Source of the DNA: the human T2T-CHM13v2.0 reference genome, Homo sapiens
Assembly: GCA_009914755.4 (NCBI GenBank)
Contig: CP068257.2
Coordinates: forward strand, 25,760,001-25,824,000
Length of the DNA: 64,000 nt
Reading direction: 5' to 3'
Shown here: in pieces, positions 43,740-58,200 of the stretch
Layout: every line of letters starts with the position of its first letter
How positions within the stretch are numbered: position 1 is the first letter of the stretch
The notes under the pieces: generated by a model
What the model was told of the DNA's origin: nothing
The model's database searches: none
Seen by the model: only the letters and a program-made list of their open reading frames with translations
Program-made: the position numbers and the translations under genes

Positions 43740-44562
43740 TTAGCCAAAGATAACTCTAGCCTCACATTTTCTCAGTGTATCTCTGCTTTTGCTACACTGT
43801 TTCAGTGGACTCACTCACTTTACTCCTTTGTTGAGACACCTCCTCTAAAAATTGATGTGATTCCTTGCATCTTGCTTACAATTATTATTTTCACTTGCAA
43901 TTATGTCCTATGTTTCCTCAATCAACAGTTTTCCCTTCTTTACTGGATGATCCTATTAGCAAACATGCTTCCATAGCTTCTATCTTCTTTTAAAGCATAG
44001 ATTCAATTTTAAAAATCAAACAAACCCACATATCTACCATGATCTCATATTTATCGCTACCTACCATCCCATTTATATCTTCTTCTTTATATCATAACTC
44101 TCAATGATAACTAAGTAATTTATATGTATACTCTCTTCTTCCCATCTATACTTTTTGACCTTATTTCAGTCAGGTTTTGGCATCCACCACTGTCTTTAAA
44201 CTATTCTTTTCATGGTCATGAATGATATCAAAGTTTCCAAATTCAATGGCCAATTCTCAGTCCTCCTTTTACTTTTCCAAGTCAGTATATTTTGACAGTT
44301 AATCGTCCTCCAGAAGTAATTGCCAAGTACTATTTCTTTCAAAGCCTTTACATTGATAAATTCGACATGTATTTTCCCAGTTTGTTTTTCCCATGACTGT
44401 AAAAGCCAATGCCTCTGATATAATTCCACTTTGATACTTAATAATCAAAACAATCTTGGCCATTCTAAAATATAATTCTTAATTCTTTGCACACCACAAG
44501 ATAGAAGAAATGAAAACAAAAACAAATGAGCAAATAAAATTCTCTTCTTTTCCCAAGAGTTT
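43740..44562 (+). mobile_element. L2 fragment, upstream part, interrupted by LTR-like copy d
   Basis: Contiguity argument: 45620-46340 is recognisably L2, and this segment is the sequence the copy d insertion split away from it. Confidence 0.4.
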
Positions 44563-44605
44563 TGTATTAGTCAGGGTTCTCCAGGAAACAGAAACAATAG
44601 GGATG

Positions 44606-44695
44606 GGTAGGTAGGTAGGTAGGTAGGTAGGTAGGTAGGTAGGTAGATGGATACATAGGTAGACACATAGATAGATACATAGATATCTTGTAGGA
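44606..44695. repeat. (GGTA)10 followed by a degenerate (GATA)/(CATA) tetranucleotide repeat
   Basis: Direct reading. ORFs 44479..44811 and 44571..44801 are artefacts. Confidence 0.9.
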
Positions 44696-44992
44696 AAATC
44701 TGGGTTCTTGTCACACAACCAGGAAAGATTAGGCTTGCAGACACTTTGAAGGGTAAGGGGGATGGAATTTCTTGGGCGAAAAGGAGAAAGGAAAACAACA
44801 CGGGAAAGCAAGAGAGGGGTTCCTGTTAACAGGCCCTCATCTCATAGATTGAATCCCAGTTTCCCATACAGGAAGAGGAGGGGCCAGGCTCCTCCCCACT
44901 GCAGACGGCATGAACTTCCGGTGGCTCCACCTTGTTCTCCCAGTGCACAGACTGTACAGAGGTTCTCCGGGCACCCCTTTATACTTGGCTGT

Positions 44993-45035
<43 letters not shown>

Positions 45036-45090
45036 GATAGATAGATAGATAGATAGACAGACAGATAGATAGAGGGATAGATGGATGGTA
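44993..45090. repeat. (GATA)n compound tetranucleotide short tandem repeat (STR), about 20 units with GATG/GACA interruptions
   Basis: Direct reading. ORFs 44837..45169 and 44842..45117 are artefacts (SIYL-rich). Confidence 0.9.
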
Positions 45091-45619
45091 GAGTACTATT
45101 ATAAGGAATTGGCTCATGTGATTCTGGAGATCGAGAAGTCTTAAAAACTGCAGTGAGCAAGCTCGACATCCAGCAGAACTAACGGCCTAGTTCCAGTCTG
45201 AGTCCAAAGGCTTGAAAACCAGGAGAGTTGATGGTGTGGTTCTAGTCTGAATCTAAAGACCTGAGAACCAAGAGAGACGATGGTGTAAGTGCCCGTCAGA
45301 GAGCTGGAAGGCTCAAGACATGAGAAGACTCAATTCTTTAGTTTTAGTCTGGAGGCAGAAAAATATCAATGTCCCAGATCAAGTAGGCGGGCAAACAGAC
45401 ATCTCTTACTCAGCATTTTTGTTCTATTCAGGTCTTCAATTGACTGGATGAGGCCCATCCACCATAGGGAGAATAGTCTGCTTTACCCACTCAAATGTTT
45501 CTGCTGATTCAAATGTTAATCTTTCTAGAAAAACTCTCACAGACACATTCAGAATAATGTTTGACCAACTGTCTGGGCATGCCATGGTCCAGTCAAATTG
45601 ACACCTAAAATTATCACAG

Positions 45620-46340
45620 TATCATGTCACAGAAAATGGCACCATTAAGCTCCCAGTTGTTCAGATCAAAACATCTGAAGTTAAGCTTGACTCCCTTTTT
45701 TGTACTCCTTACATGCAATCCAGTAGAAATCCTGGGATCTCTATATTCAAAACAGCTCCATTATCCAACTACTTCTATCATCTCCACTGTTATTATTTTA
45801 GTCCAAACTAAGACCATCTCTCATCTTGGCTGCTGAAATAGCTTTCTAACTCAACTTTCTGCTTCAATTCTTGTCCCTCTAGAATTTATTCACACTGTAT
45901 GTAACAAAATTCTTCTAAAATACAAATCAGATCATTTCACTTCCAGGAATGTAATCTTTCATTGGCCTTCCTTAATATTAGAAAGAAAATTCCAAATATG
46001 TATGTTGATTTACAAGGCTCGCTGTGCTCTAACCCCTGGCTACCCTCTGATCACATTTCCATTTACCAGCCCCTCTGCTGACTATACTCTAGCTGGAGTC
46101 CTGTCTCCTTCTTAAACAGACTTTTCCCTGAGGTAATTTTCACTGAGACATTCAAATGGCAAGATGCTTTCATTCATTCAGATTTCTACTCAAATGTAAC
46201 CACCTCAACGTGATCTTTTATGACCATCTACCCAACTTCCATCACCATCACTCCCTCCCTGGCTTTATATTTATTCAGAGCACTTAATAATGCTTGACTG
46301 TTTATCACACATTTATCAGTTATTATCAAGGTCAACTGCC
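45620..46340 (+). mobile_element. L2 fragment, downstream continuation after copy d
   Basis: ...ccagtagaaatcctgggatctctatattcaaaacagctccattatccaactacttctatcatctccactgttattattttagtccaaactaagaccatctctcatcttggctgctgaaatagctttctaactcaac...aaatcagatcatttcacttcc... then ...cagatttctactcaaatgtaaccacctcaacgtgatc... (cf. L2 ...caagtcctgtcgattctacctccaaaatat...ctccactgccaccaccctagtccaagccaccatcatctctcgcctggactactgcaatagcctcctaactgg...caaatcagatcatgtcactcc...). Confidence 0.6.
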
Positions 46341-46382
46341 AAAATCTAAGCACAAAAACAAAATCTGTCACTGTTATCAATG

Positions 46383-46383
<1 letters not shown>

Positions 46384-46418
<35 letters not shown>
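46384..46418. repeat. (TG)17 microsatellite
   Basis: Direct reading. Confidence 0.9.
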
Positions 46419-46420
<2 letters not shown>

Positions 46421-49400
46421 TTTAACTCAATGCTTTATTTTCCTTCCCTTTATCTGGTCTATATTGAAACGACTCCAGTTATCTTCATAAGTTTCAATAC
46501 CTGTAAACCACAAAGTAAAGTCCATCTATATCCCAGATGACTCCTTAAAGCTTAGACAATACTGCAAATGCATACATGGAAACATTTAAGATATGCATGC
46601 AAAGAAATATGGAGATAACACAGCTCCATCTGAATTGAGTCCAGCCATCAACAAATATCTTGCCAACCATTCTCAAGAATTTAGAAAGATATTTGTCTTA
46701 AAGTAATGGTCTTATAATGACCATTTGAGTAATTTTTTTCAAAGCAGAGAGTTGCTGCAAGATAAATGTCACCAACAGTAGAAACACAATATTAGTAACT
46801 TTCAAGTGATAGCTCTTTCAGTGAAATAATAACTTTAAAGCACCGTTCTCCCCCTCACAGTTGGAAAATCCAACTCTTCTCAGCTCACAATACATCTGAC
46901 AGCCCCAGTTTCTCCTAAATCCCATCCCATAAATCTCAATGATAACATCAGCCTGGGTGCCTTAGCCTGAGTCCAGCTTCAGACTCTGAGTAACTTGGAA
47001 ACATTATGGGAGTAGACACATGTCTACTTCATTCCCCACTGTATACCCAGCCCCTAGAACAATGCCTGAATGCAGTCAGGGCTCAGAAATCACAAAGACT
47101 TCTTACCTTACTCATTCTTCTCAGCGGCTCTGGAGATATCTTACCTCTTCTTCCAACCAGAACTTCTTTGGTGAGCAATAACCCACTAACCCAGAAGCTT
47201 GAGGGTAAAACAGAGCTAATACTGCTGGAAATCAAGTCCAGAACTTTGATAGCAGTGGCTTTATTAGTGTAAGTGCCATAACATGCTACTCTATGTGTGT
47301 GAGTGGGCAAGAGACAAGCAATGAGGAGGCTGCATATCTTGTGCCTTGGGGTTGTGCCTATTAATTTCTGAGGTTCACCTTGTTATCCTAATCTTAAAAG
47401 GATATGGCATTTCAAATTTGAGCAAAGACCCAAGGATAAGAGCTCACAACCTTTTGCCATTAGGAATAATGACGTGGAAAGGATGAACAATATAAACCAA
47501 TATGTTTGAAACATGTCCTCCTGTTTTTTATTATAAACTATTTTAAATGCTGACAAATTCATTTTTTATACAGCTATAGCATCTTAATGTTAGCTAATTT
47601 TACTATTTAGTAAATCTTCCATTCATTCCATCTCCTAGCCTCCAGTCACCCTTCATCCTGGGAGTGAAGGTCAGAGAATAGCAAGGAGGAACAACTAATT
47701 TAGAGGAAACCCTTAGACATTTCCTATGTAACCATTCAATTAGCAAAGAAACGCCAGCTTTAACGTCATCATTTGTGCCTTGACCCAGTGACTGCCCATT
47801 AAACAGAGGAAGGGCAAAGCCTATCAGTAGCTTAGCAACCAGCACATTTTCCTTCCCACTTAAGGTGAGCCTCTATTCAGCAGCAATTCCGGCCCAATTG
47901 ACGTTCATCTGGCTGAGTAGTTTCCTTCCCCTACTGAAATAGGAAGATCCTACAATTATGTGCTTCCCCACGGTCGAGATGTCAGGGATTAGACTCATAA
48001 AAGGCAAATCTTAGCCAATTGGATGAATATCAAGAATAGAGTACAATTCCCAAATTAGAGAGTCTATAAAATACCGTCTATTTACCACCTTTTTTTACCC
48101 TCCGTGATCTTATAGCCTATTTGCCTCTTTTTCTAGATTGCCTTACTTAATTCTCTGGCGGGAATGAGGCAGATAGATAAAAGAAAAGCAATTGATATGC
48201 ATGAATTTAATCTCACAAACGGAGTATTTTGTTTATCAAAGCAGAAAAGATACCCTTAGGGATAACTTTATTCACAATACCATGAGTAAAGTAAATTTCA
48301 AGACAACATTTGAGGGTAAATAAACTATTCTAAAAGGTCTGTCAAGAACCATTATCCTTGAAAATGTTAGCAATAAATAACATAGGTTTCAAGGAAGTTC
48401 TACAATAGGGTAAAGCAAATATGTTAAACTAATTTTCATTTTGGTAAAGAAATAATATTTTGAGAAATATTAATGTAACTTGGGTTTGAAAAATGCTGTA
48501 TCAAATGTGAGATTTTTTTAATCTCATGGACAGTAAAATGCTATTCTCTGAAACAGATGAAAATATGCTTTTTTATTAAATAATATATTTCAAACGTAAC
48601 ATATTTATTATGAAATTGTGCTATGATCTTAAATATATTCTAAATTTAGGTAAATTAAAAATTATTCTAGTAATTGGACAAACTATTTCTGTCGAATTGT
48701 GATTTGTGTGCATGCAAATGGAGATAAATTTGACTAAACTCCATAATGTAACATTGTCAATTTTTTCTAAAACGTGTAACCTCTTCAGGTTCTGAGTCTA
48801 GGAACTAGGCAATTGCCTCTTTGCTTACAAATAAAATATTTGGGATATGTAAACAGTGGTTAACTGTCACTTGTGAATTATTATTGTTCAAATGGTAGGC
48901 TCTTAGGAGTAACTTCAAAATTATTTTAACAATATATTTTTCATCAAAAATATGTCTTTAATGTTGATGTTTCATTCTTTATTACTACAGAAATGGTACC
49001 TTAGTTTATTAAAGTTTTTCTACCACATGAAGCATACACAGTATTTAGTATATGGTCAGATGGTTTAACCTCAATTTCTGGTTGTTTTCTGTTAAGAACT
49101 GAAAGAATAGGAGTAAACCATGTGAAACAGGAAAAGAGGTCAAAGTTGGTCATAACTTTAAACAGCTGGGGCTCAATCGTTGGCCACCTTAAAGTTGCAT
49201 GAGGGAGGGAAAACATGGGCTTTCCTTCACTGGCTTTAATCCTCCCGTGGTCAAGGGTATCCCCAAGAGATGTTAGCTTTTCTACATTACGAGGTTTTTT
49301 TTAAGCCTCACCTGTACCAGGCAGATCCCTTTCAGAAAAGCCTGAGAAAAATGCTAAGAGATTCTTGGCAGAGCTGAAGCAAGATGCTGTCAGGTTCAGC

Positions 49401-50089
49401 TCTGTGAAGCTGATTGTACAGCTGGAGTAGAGGTGAGCTGAGAGGACTTCACAGTAAATATAAGAGGTGTCCTATGGGGTGCATCTTTGCTCAGATATCC
49501 CCCTAACGAGCTCCATTAAGTCAAATTCATGAGAGAAACTTCAAGGATGCGGACCAGTTGTAATCTGTTCTAAAGCCTTCACACTGAAGAATTAGTGAAG
49601 TAAGTTCCAGTCTCCTGTACAGCCACTGGTACTGATCATTGTTTTCATTGCCTCTTCTCTCCACTTTTCCTTCTATATCTCCCTCACCTTTGAACAGCAC
49701 TGTGGGATGCATAGGTTGTTTGCTTAGTCAGATAATATCAGTCTTCATCCTCAAAGGATCTAAGGTCTTAGTTGCTTTATATTCGCAAAGCTGTGGTTGC
49801 TGCAATTGTATTCTTACAACTAGTGCTGAGAATACAAGCACCATGAAATGAATGCCCTACTTAATGCCTCATGTTCAGAAAGTAGACCTTCTTACCCTCC
49901 TTAGTAGCAGCAACCTCAGCTCCTATATTCAAGCTGAATTACCCCTCAACAGTATAATAACTCTTCGTTTTGTCTGCTCATTTGCTACAAAAGCACAAAG
50001 TAACTACGTTTTACTTTCTGGTTGAGTGGTTCCTCTTCTGTACGAAACAGGTGCTCCTAAGCAGGACAAATTGTTCTTTTTATACTTAC

Positions 50090-50525
50090 CAGTGTTGCCA
50101 GGCTATGGTCCTCTGTTATTCAATCAAAGACTAATCTAGGTGTTTCTGGGAAGGTATTTTATAGAGATGATTAAAATACATAATTAGCTGACTATAACTG
50201 AGGGAGTTTCCCTAGATCATCTGAGTAGGCCTGATTTAATAGTTGAAAGGTCTTCAGAGCAGAGCTGAAGTATCTCTGGAGAATAAGAGATTCTGCATGA
50301 CGACAGCAGCTTCAGACTGTGCCCAAAACTTGTAGCCTGCCTTTCCTGATGGCCTGCCCTACACATTTTGGACTTTCGGACTTGCCTGACTGTATCTTAT
50401 AATCACACAACATGCAGGCCAATTCCTTGAAAAAAAAAAAAAAATCCCTCCTTAACCCCTGTAGGTACTGCTTCTCCTACTAGATCTGTTTCTTTGATTG
50501 AATCATCCCGACCCAGTAGGTTCTG
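50090..50525 (-). mobile_element. Probable diverged copy f of the same LTR-like family (minus orientation)
   Basis: ...ggactttcggacttgcctgactgtatcttataatcacacaacatgcaggccaattccttgaaaaaaaaaaaaaaatccctcc...ctgtaggtactgcttctcctactagatctgtttctttgattgaatcatcccgac parallels the copy e end ...cttgacctccataatcatgtgagccaattcccataataaatctcc...cctattggttctgtttctctggagaatcctgac. Confidence 0.4.
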
Positions 50526-51235
50526 TCTCTTTCTGTCTCTAAGTTACCTATTGCCTGGCACATTGTTTTAAAGTAACAAGCTTGGGCAAATTAGTGATTT
50601 GTCACAATTTGTACTTACAGCTCTTTTATATGCCCTCTAAACACTATCAACTTTAATTTCTTTTTATACCACATCTTTTGTTCTATAACAAATTTCCATA
50701 AATTCTTGCTGAGATATTAGTTGGACATGTAACAGACAACAGATAGGATGTTAACTAAAAGAATGTCAATGTCACCAAGAAACTGAACAAGAGCCAAGTT
50801 TCTAAGGAATGCAAACAACATGGGCAGATGACAAGTGACGGGTCTAATATTTTTATATTAGCCATTATTTTTGCACAGACTCAATAAAGAATTAATTAAA
50901 TACCCCTTTGGAACCAGGGCCATTTCAGTGAGTTACAGCACTTGAAACTAAAATTGAACATTTTAAAATGAACATGTCCCATGAGGTAAACATTCTCTAC
51001 TGAAATATGGTCAGCTACTATGAAAACCTAATGATTTATCTTTTGAGACCCATAATTAAATAATAAGTCTCAAACCAATAGTATTGAGATAAACAAATAT
51101 TTATAAATTCTGGGTCATTGAATGATAGAAGACATAGTATCTTAAATTTAGCTGACTGATTTAACGTGATCAAGCCATTTGTAAGTGGATACCAATATTA
51201 ATGAATATCTTTTATTAAACCCTAATACTACTTTT

Positions 51236-51350
51236 GTTTATTTAATATATATATTTCTTAAGTATATGTAGCTGTTTATTTTATATATATATTTATTAAG
51301 TATATGTAGCTATACATTTAATATATATACATATACTTTAATATATATAA
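51236..51350. repeat. AT-rich tandem duplication (about 38-bp unit, 2-3 copies)
   Basis: aatatatatatttcttaagtatatgtagctgtttatttt followed by atatatatatttattaagtatatgtagctatacattta. Confidence 0.7.
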
Positions 51351-52515
51351 TTTAGAAATCATATCTTTATATCTATACCTATATCTCCCATGAAGTTGAA
51401 TTAATCTCAGAAAACTGAGGCAACATCTGTATTTGTCAGTATGAATTCCTGTATGCTACAGTAACAAACAGTTCCCCGTATATCAGGCAGAAGTTAGTAT
51501 TTTGCTCATGCCACATACCCCATGCGCATTAGCAGCTGCCTCTGCTCACACAGGGCACACATTAGCAGCTCCAGTCTGCTTGATGGAGGCTCTACCACCT
51601 CAATCACAAGGTTTCATGGTTGTGTGCTGCCTCATAGCTCATCATCTTGTAACTATACCATCTTCAACATGTGGCCTTGATGTAAGCTCAGTAAGCTAAG
51701 AGAGAAAATGGAGAATTGTGTATAAACTTTTTATTACTTCACCTCCAGTGTGGATCATACTACTCTTGCTTACATTTCATTAGCTAGGAATAATTATGTG
51801 AACCCAACCAAGGTGACTGGAAAACACACAGAACAGTAAGTAACCAGAGTGCTTGTTGAGTACCCTTTCTTCATTACAGTCCTCTCTTACAGTCTGCAAT
51901 GTACTTCCTTTTCTCTCATCTTCTTACATAAAGACTCACTCAACTTCTCCCAAAGAGGTACACCCAAAAGTCTCATGCACTCTTTATTTTCTACTCAAAA
52001 GATCTCCAGAGATGTGTGGCATATTAATTAATAAATAAAAATATGTAGTCAAAGAGGCAAAATAACTTATTATATTATTTTGATGTCTGTCAGAAGGTAG
52101 AAAATATAATAACAGCTATTAGAATCCAAGATATGTTACAAATACATGAAAGTATTTATAGATTTATACAGGTTACAATGAGTAATTTCCAAGTCTGACA
52201 ATTGTGTTAATTCCAAGATTTGAAGTATCATTCTTTAAAAAGTTATGGTTAATGAAGAGTGAAATACATCAATAATTCTGGGACATAGGAACAAAATATT
52301 AACATAGGAAGAGAGAAAAGAAACAATTTGGTATAAATAAGCAGTCACTCTAAGTTTCTTAGGACTTACTATTTGATGACTAGGGGCTAAGATGATATGT
52401 ACACTTATTTACTTAATTTAATTTTCCTTTCTTCCACCACTTGTTGACCTATTATAAATATAGAATTCCTAGCACATTAAGGTACTATGTGATATTTTTG
52501 TGTTTTTTCTTTGTC

Positions 52516-53085
52516 TGTATTAGTCACAATTCTCCAGAGAGATCGAACATAGGATATATATAAATAGATATATGAAAGGAGATTTATTAGGGAGAAATTG
52601 AATCACACAATTACAGAGACTGAGAATTTACTCATATAATTATGGAAGCTAAGAAATTCCATAATAGGCAGTCTGCAAGCTGTAGTACCAGGGAAGCCGT
52701 TAGTATGGCTTAGTCCAAGATGGAAGGCTTGAGAACTCTTAGTTTGAAAGCAATGGCCCAAGAGCCCCGGGGACCACTGGTGCCAGGCCTGGGGTCCAAA
52801 AGTCAGAGAACTTGAAGTTCTGATTTCTAAAGGCAGAAGAGTGTTCAGGCTCTGGAGAGAAATAATTTCTCCTTCCCCTGCATTTTTTGTTTTTTAACAT
52901 CCATGCCCCTTACCAATTGGATGGTGCCACCTACATTGAGGGTGAATCTTCCCCATTAAGTCCACAAACTCAAATGCAAATCCCCTCTAGAAACACCCTC
53001 ACAGACACAACCAGAAATAATTATTTACCAGTCATTTGGGATCCCTCAACACAGTCAAGTTGACACCTACAATTAATCATCACAG
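52516..53085 (+). mobile_element. LTR-like interspersed repeat, copy c
   Basis: Starts tgtattagtcacaattctccagagagatcgaacatagg, ends ...cagtcaagttgacacctacaattaatcatcacag. Confidence 0.6.
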
Positions 53086-54430
53086 TATCTCAACAGTTGA
53101 AATGGAATAGAAGGCTAAGTTAACAATTGTTTCCTATACACTTTGCTTGACAAAATACATGAGCTGTTCAACAGTCATCTTTGCCTTTGGGGTTCCTTTA
53201 CAATAGAAGATGGAGGAAGAATAGCAGGATACGTAGTGAGTAATATTTAAATTAGTGAAATAAATACAATTAATATTGAATCATCTTGCTATTCTCGTAG
53301 ACCCCAATTGGAAACAGTGCAATGTAATAAAAAGTGCACATAACTCAGCTGCTTTAATTTCTACTTTAGAATGAAAAAGCATTAATCTGTCAACAAACAG
53401 AAATCATCAACTCAAACTATTGAAGATAATGCAAATGCAAGACACATTAATATTTTCAAAGTATTAAAAACCAGTGAATAAAAGAAAGTATATATAAAAA
53501 TTGTATGCATTTCTCAATCAAAATTAAACATATTTGTTGATTATCATCATGAATAAATATGAGGGCTACAAACAAATTTACTGTGTGGAAGTACCTTTGA
53601 AACATCATTTAAGTAGAATTAAAATTTGCTAAATACTAAATTTGAATGTATTATTTTGTCTGGAAGTTACATGGAAATTCCTTAGCATACTTATCATTTC
53701 TATCTCTTATAAAAGTAAATTTACTTAATATAGTCTGTGCTCCCATTGTAGACATCAGTCTCTTATTAGGTATATGGGACTAAAGTTTAGACCATGTCCT
53801 GTGGGACCCAGTTAACTCTCTCCAATCCCAGCTCATGTTATTATCCTTCTTACACATGATGTGACAAATGAATGCCAGTGGCTACAAGGGCAGGTGAATA
53901 AAACTAACATTCCAAGATAGAATTAAGCCTCAGGTTGAAATTCTCTATGAAGTAAATGCTGTTTATTTGGTTTCTGTCCCCTGTGGCACCAAAATTTTAA
54001 ATTTAGCCATTTGGTAGAACTAGGGTAGTTTCTATATGATGTTAACTTCAGAAAGTTAACTTGAGCAGGACTAAATGTTTCTTAACTTGGAAATTTATGG
54101 CCATGGTTAAACATCTGAGAAAGATTGATTCCCCCATTTGATTAAAATAAAAAACAAGTAAACAAAAATTTCTAGATAAATACATGTATGCATGTATACA
54201 CATATACCCACATATTACACATATATCTATATACATAGATATAGACATACAAATATAAAGACTAAATAAATTTCTTACACTGTGTTAGATCATCTTATCA
54301 TAAAGCCATAGAGTGTGGGGAAGAAAACAGTCTACATGTCTATGTATTTGGCTGGTGGAGATCCTCTTTTGCAGGTTTCATTTATTCCTGTTCAATAAAA
54401 TCTTGTCTGTAGTGTATGCTGGGATTACAT

Positions 54431-54722
54431 TTTTTCCCTCCCTCCCTCCCTTGCTTGCTTCCTCTCTCCATCCTTCCCTCTCCTCTTTCCTTCCTTCTTT
54501 CTCTCCCTTCTTTCTTTTTTCTTCCTCCTTCCCTCCTTTCTTCCTTCCCTCCCATTTTCTTATCTCCTTTTTCCTTTTCTTCCCTTTTTCCTTTCCTTTC
54601 CTTTTTTCTTTCCTTCCTCTCCTGTCTTCCCTTCCTTTCCTTCCCTCCTTCCTTCCTCCCTTTCTTCCTTCTTCCTTCCCTCTCCCCCACCTTTCTTCCT
54701 TCTCTCTGTCTTTCTTTCTTCA
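54431..54722. repeat. Pyrimidine-rich ((TTCC)n/(CTTT)n-like) tract, about 290 bp, over 90% C+T on the + strand
   Basis: Direct reading. ORFs 54313..54744 (143 aa), 54416..54730 and 54382..54690 are artefacts (SLPF-rich on one strand, KERG-rich on the other). Confidence 0.9.
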
Positions 54723-54905
54723 GACCCTGATCACTGAGATATAATCACTGCGTATGTATTTTTTCACAGAGTGGACCTTAAGTACCCATGTCTCACCAAC
54801 CTGAGCCCACAAGTTCTACCAAATCTGAAATAAGACAAATTTCTGCTCTTACTACTGCAGGCACTCTGAATTTTTCTTCTGCTCTGAATGGAGCTTTATG
54901 CTTGA

Positions 54906-55235
<330 letters not shown>

Positions 55236-58200
55236 AGGATATCTTATTAGTACAGCCACCCTACCTTCTCATATAAAGCATCATTAACTCAGGCCCTTGT
55301 TAGTTTCCTTCATATTACTTCTCAATTAATATTTATTTATTTGCTTCTGTGGTTATTGCCTATTTCATCCATTTGAATTTAACTTTCAAGCGGGCAGGGA
55401 TCTTTTCTGTTTTTGTACCATTTTTCCCAGCACCTAACACTGTGTGGCACACAATGGGAGTTCAATAAATCATCTGTTAATGAAGTGATTATTATAATTA
55501 TTGATGTAACTTTATGCAGGGCTTCTTGGTGAGCTGACCCACTTAGTGAGATGGCCTCGTTCATAAGTCATGCCTGATATTCTGTGGGATGATTGTAAGT
55601 TGTAAATCACAGGAGAGTTTTCAGCGGGGCAGGGTTTTTGGAACACGGTATTAGTTACTGGTGGCCTCCAGTAGAGGTGGGTGTAACCCTAGGAAACAAC
55701 CATTACTCAAAGGCAGTTTTCTGAAATCAAAATGCATTGGATACCATTCTCAGCACTCACAATGGTGGGACCAGCAAAGGGGATCTGGGAAGCGCAGCAA
55801 CAATTCTTATCACCATCCATTCAGCTGAATCAATAATGTGATTCTAAGAGCAATATTCTTTAACATATGTTCCTTAATCCAATATCTTCAGGGTACTTTT
55901 GAGTATGAGAACTTATGAAAGCTTTAACTAAACCAGATTGATAGGCATAACATAAAAAGAAATTAGTTTCTGACCTCTAATAGTAAAATTGAGCTTAGTT
56001 TTATTTCATTTGATAATAATTTCACAACCCATTTGGAGGAAAGATTCCTGTTCGTTAGTTAATAAATTAACTCTGAAGGCCTGAAAGTGTACCCAAGAAT
56101 GCTCAGATATTCTTCAGAAGTGATTTTTCTGTTGGAAACTTAGAATAGGATACTTGGAACACTCTAGTTTGGCTAATGGCAAGGGACCCACTTCTTTGAT
56201 GAAGTCATTCAGATCTGGATAGTGTCACCATGAAAAAAAATGATTCCTCCAATTTTTTACTATAAGGAAACCTATCCATTGGACATAATGTTCTCTTCTT
56301 TTGAAGGAACATAATTAAAATAGTGGAAAAGAAACTGCCACTTCAGAGTTGTTTAAAAATGATTTAACACTTTAATTTCTGTGTAAAATGTCTATGCTTA
56401 AAAAAAAAAAAATAAGGCCAGGGTAAGTGATGCAACTCTGTTGCTTTGGAGTCGGTGAGATGAGAGATTTGCCTTTCATCTATTTGGGAGCAAAAGATGA
56501 GCTGCCAAAATTAAACAATTTTTAATTTGTACTAAATATAAGAAAAGTCTATATTAACACATGTTAAATATAAGAAAAGTAACTTTTATTTCTCTTTTGG
56601 TAGACAAATTTTTATCAAGCACATCTACTGTTTTGATTAAATGTATCTGAAAACTCTCAAGTTATAGGTGCCACAGGAGAAAAAAATGACAAAATAATAT
56701 TGTTGCAAATACATTATGTAATTTTAGAAGATCAGAATCCTATACCTTCAGAAGTAGGAAGTAAATGTCAAGCAGCATAGTCATTCTACTAACCTCCTGG
56801 TATAGTACTTCCTATTGGTGGGTTAAACTTTCTTCTAGAGTAGCAAATTGTTATGCCTTTTGTTCTGAAGACCTCTTTATACTCCTGAAGAATGTAAAAC
56901 ACAAAAAATACACCAGCAACACATTCCAATATCAGCCCTAGTGATGATATCATCACATGTTGTCACCTCTGAGAAGTCCAGCATACACTTGAAAGAGGAT
57001 GAAAATAAAAAGACAAATAATGCCTTAGTATTACTCAGAAAATAAGTTATGTTCCCACAGACCCATTGAAAGAGCTACAGGTATTCTAGTGCCATATTCA
57101 TTTTATAAAGAAAATCTAAGGGATTGACTAGAAGATGGGAATTGACAGTTGTTCAATATTACATTCTTTTGCACTCAGTATAACAATATTGTAATTATTA
57201 CAGAAGAAGCTGAGGTGCATTAGTTGGCAAATAATCTAAACATAATTTAACACATTGTTATATTAAATGTATTCATTTGCCTAATCCCAATCCTCATATA
57301 TTATATATTTTTCTTGCTTAATTATTTCTTAATATGTTTATAGTAAAGCAAACAATTTAATCAAAGTCCACTTACTTAAATTAAAAAAAAATCTATTACG
57401 CTCTTTGAATACCTAATTTATATTTTTAATATGAAATGTGGATTCTGAGCAATCTGTTTAAATACATACTATTTAAAGCCCTAAATTAAAACATACATAC
57501 TACATTGAGTACATATCTGCTTGTACTATCAGGATAACTTTCTGTAAGGTGCGACTTTTCAAATGTTTACTGTACTAATCATACAATTAAATGGTTGCAA
57601 TTTAGTAGTTCTTGTAAAGAATTTGCATTCTAAATAATAATCTAATGACTCATATATGTGTTTCTAGCCTTAAAGACTCCTTTTTACAAGACAAATTGGA
57701 AAAAGACAATAAATTTCCTATCAAGATTTGTATCTCCAGATGGTCTAGATAATTACAGAAAAATTCAGAGACATTTTGAAATGTCTTTTTCTTAAGGAGA
57801 AGAGACAGATTTAATTTAGGACTAGGACTGAAAGTCTGAATTCAGACAATACTCATCCTTAGCCAGTATGTTACTCAGCAAATCCAGGTGATATGAAAGA
57901 AAGGGAAATTCATTTGGCAGAGAGTTCAAAGGATATTTATTTAAGCCACACCAAAAAAAAAAAAAAAAAGTAATAAATAGTTTCTAATGAAACTTGTCAT
58001 GAAAAGAAAGTTCCAACAAAAGTGTGAACAAATATATTCCTTTAAGTCCTAGTCACAGATTGTTACAGTTTAAATCTGAGTCACAACCAGGTATAGAAGA
58101 TGATAATTTGGAGGTCCAACAATTACCTACTTTTAAGGTTTTGGGGATTTTTTTTTTTTTTAGATAAAACCAATATCTATTTTAGAAATTATCTAAAAGA

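Larger units (their letters stand above)
44563..45619 (+). mobile_element. LTR-like interspersed repeat, copy d, expanded by internal (GGTA)n/(GATA)n microsatellites and a roughly 290-bp internal insert; inserted into an L2
   Basis: Starts tgtattagtcagggttctccaggaaacagaaacaatagg. Contains ...ttataaggaattggctcatgtgattctggag... Ends ...gtccagtcaaattgacacctaaaattatcacag. Confidence 0.65.

Noticed and set aside
44479-45169. Four ORFs of 76-110 aa with repetitive YLPT / SIYL motifs
   Set aside because: Translation of the (GGTA)n/(GATA)n microsatellites on both strands.
54313-54744. 143-aa ORF (+) and overlapping 102-104-aa ORFs on both strands
   Set aside because: Encoded entirely by the (TTCC)n-like polypyrimidine tract. 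The translations are low-complexity (SLPFF-rich on one strand, KERG-rich on the other). Pure reading-frame artefact.
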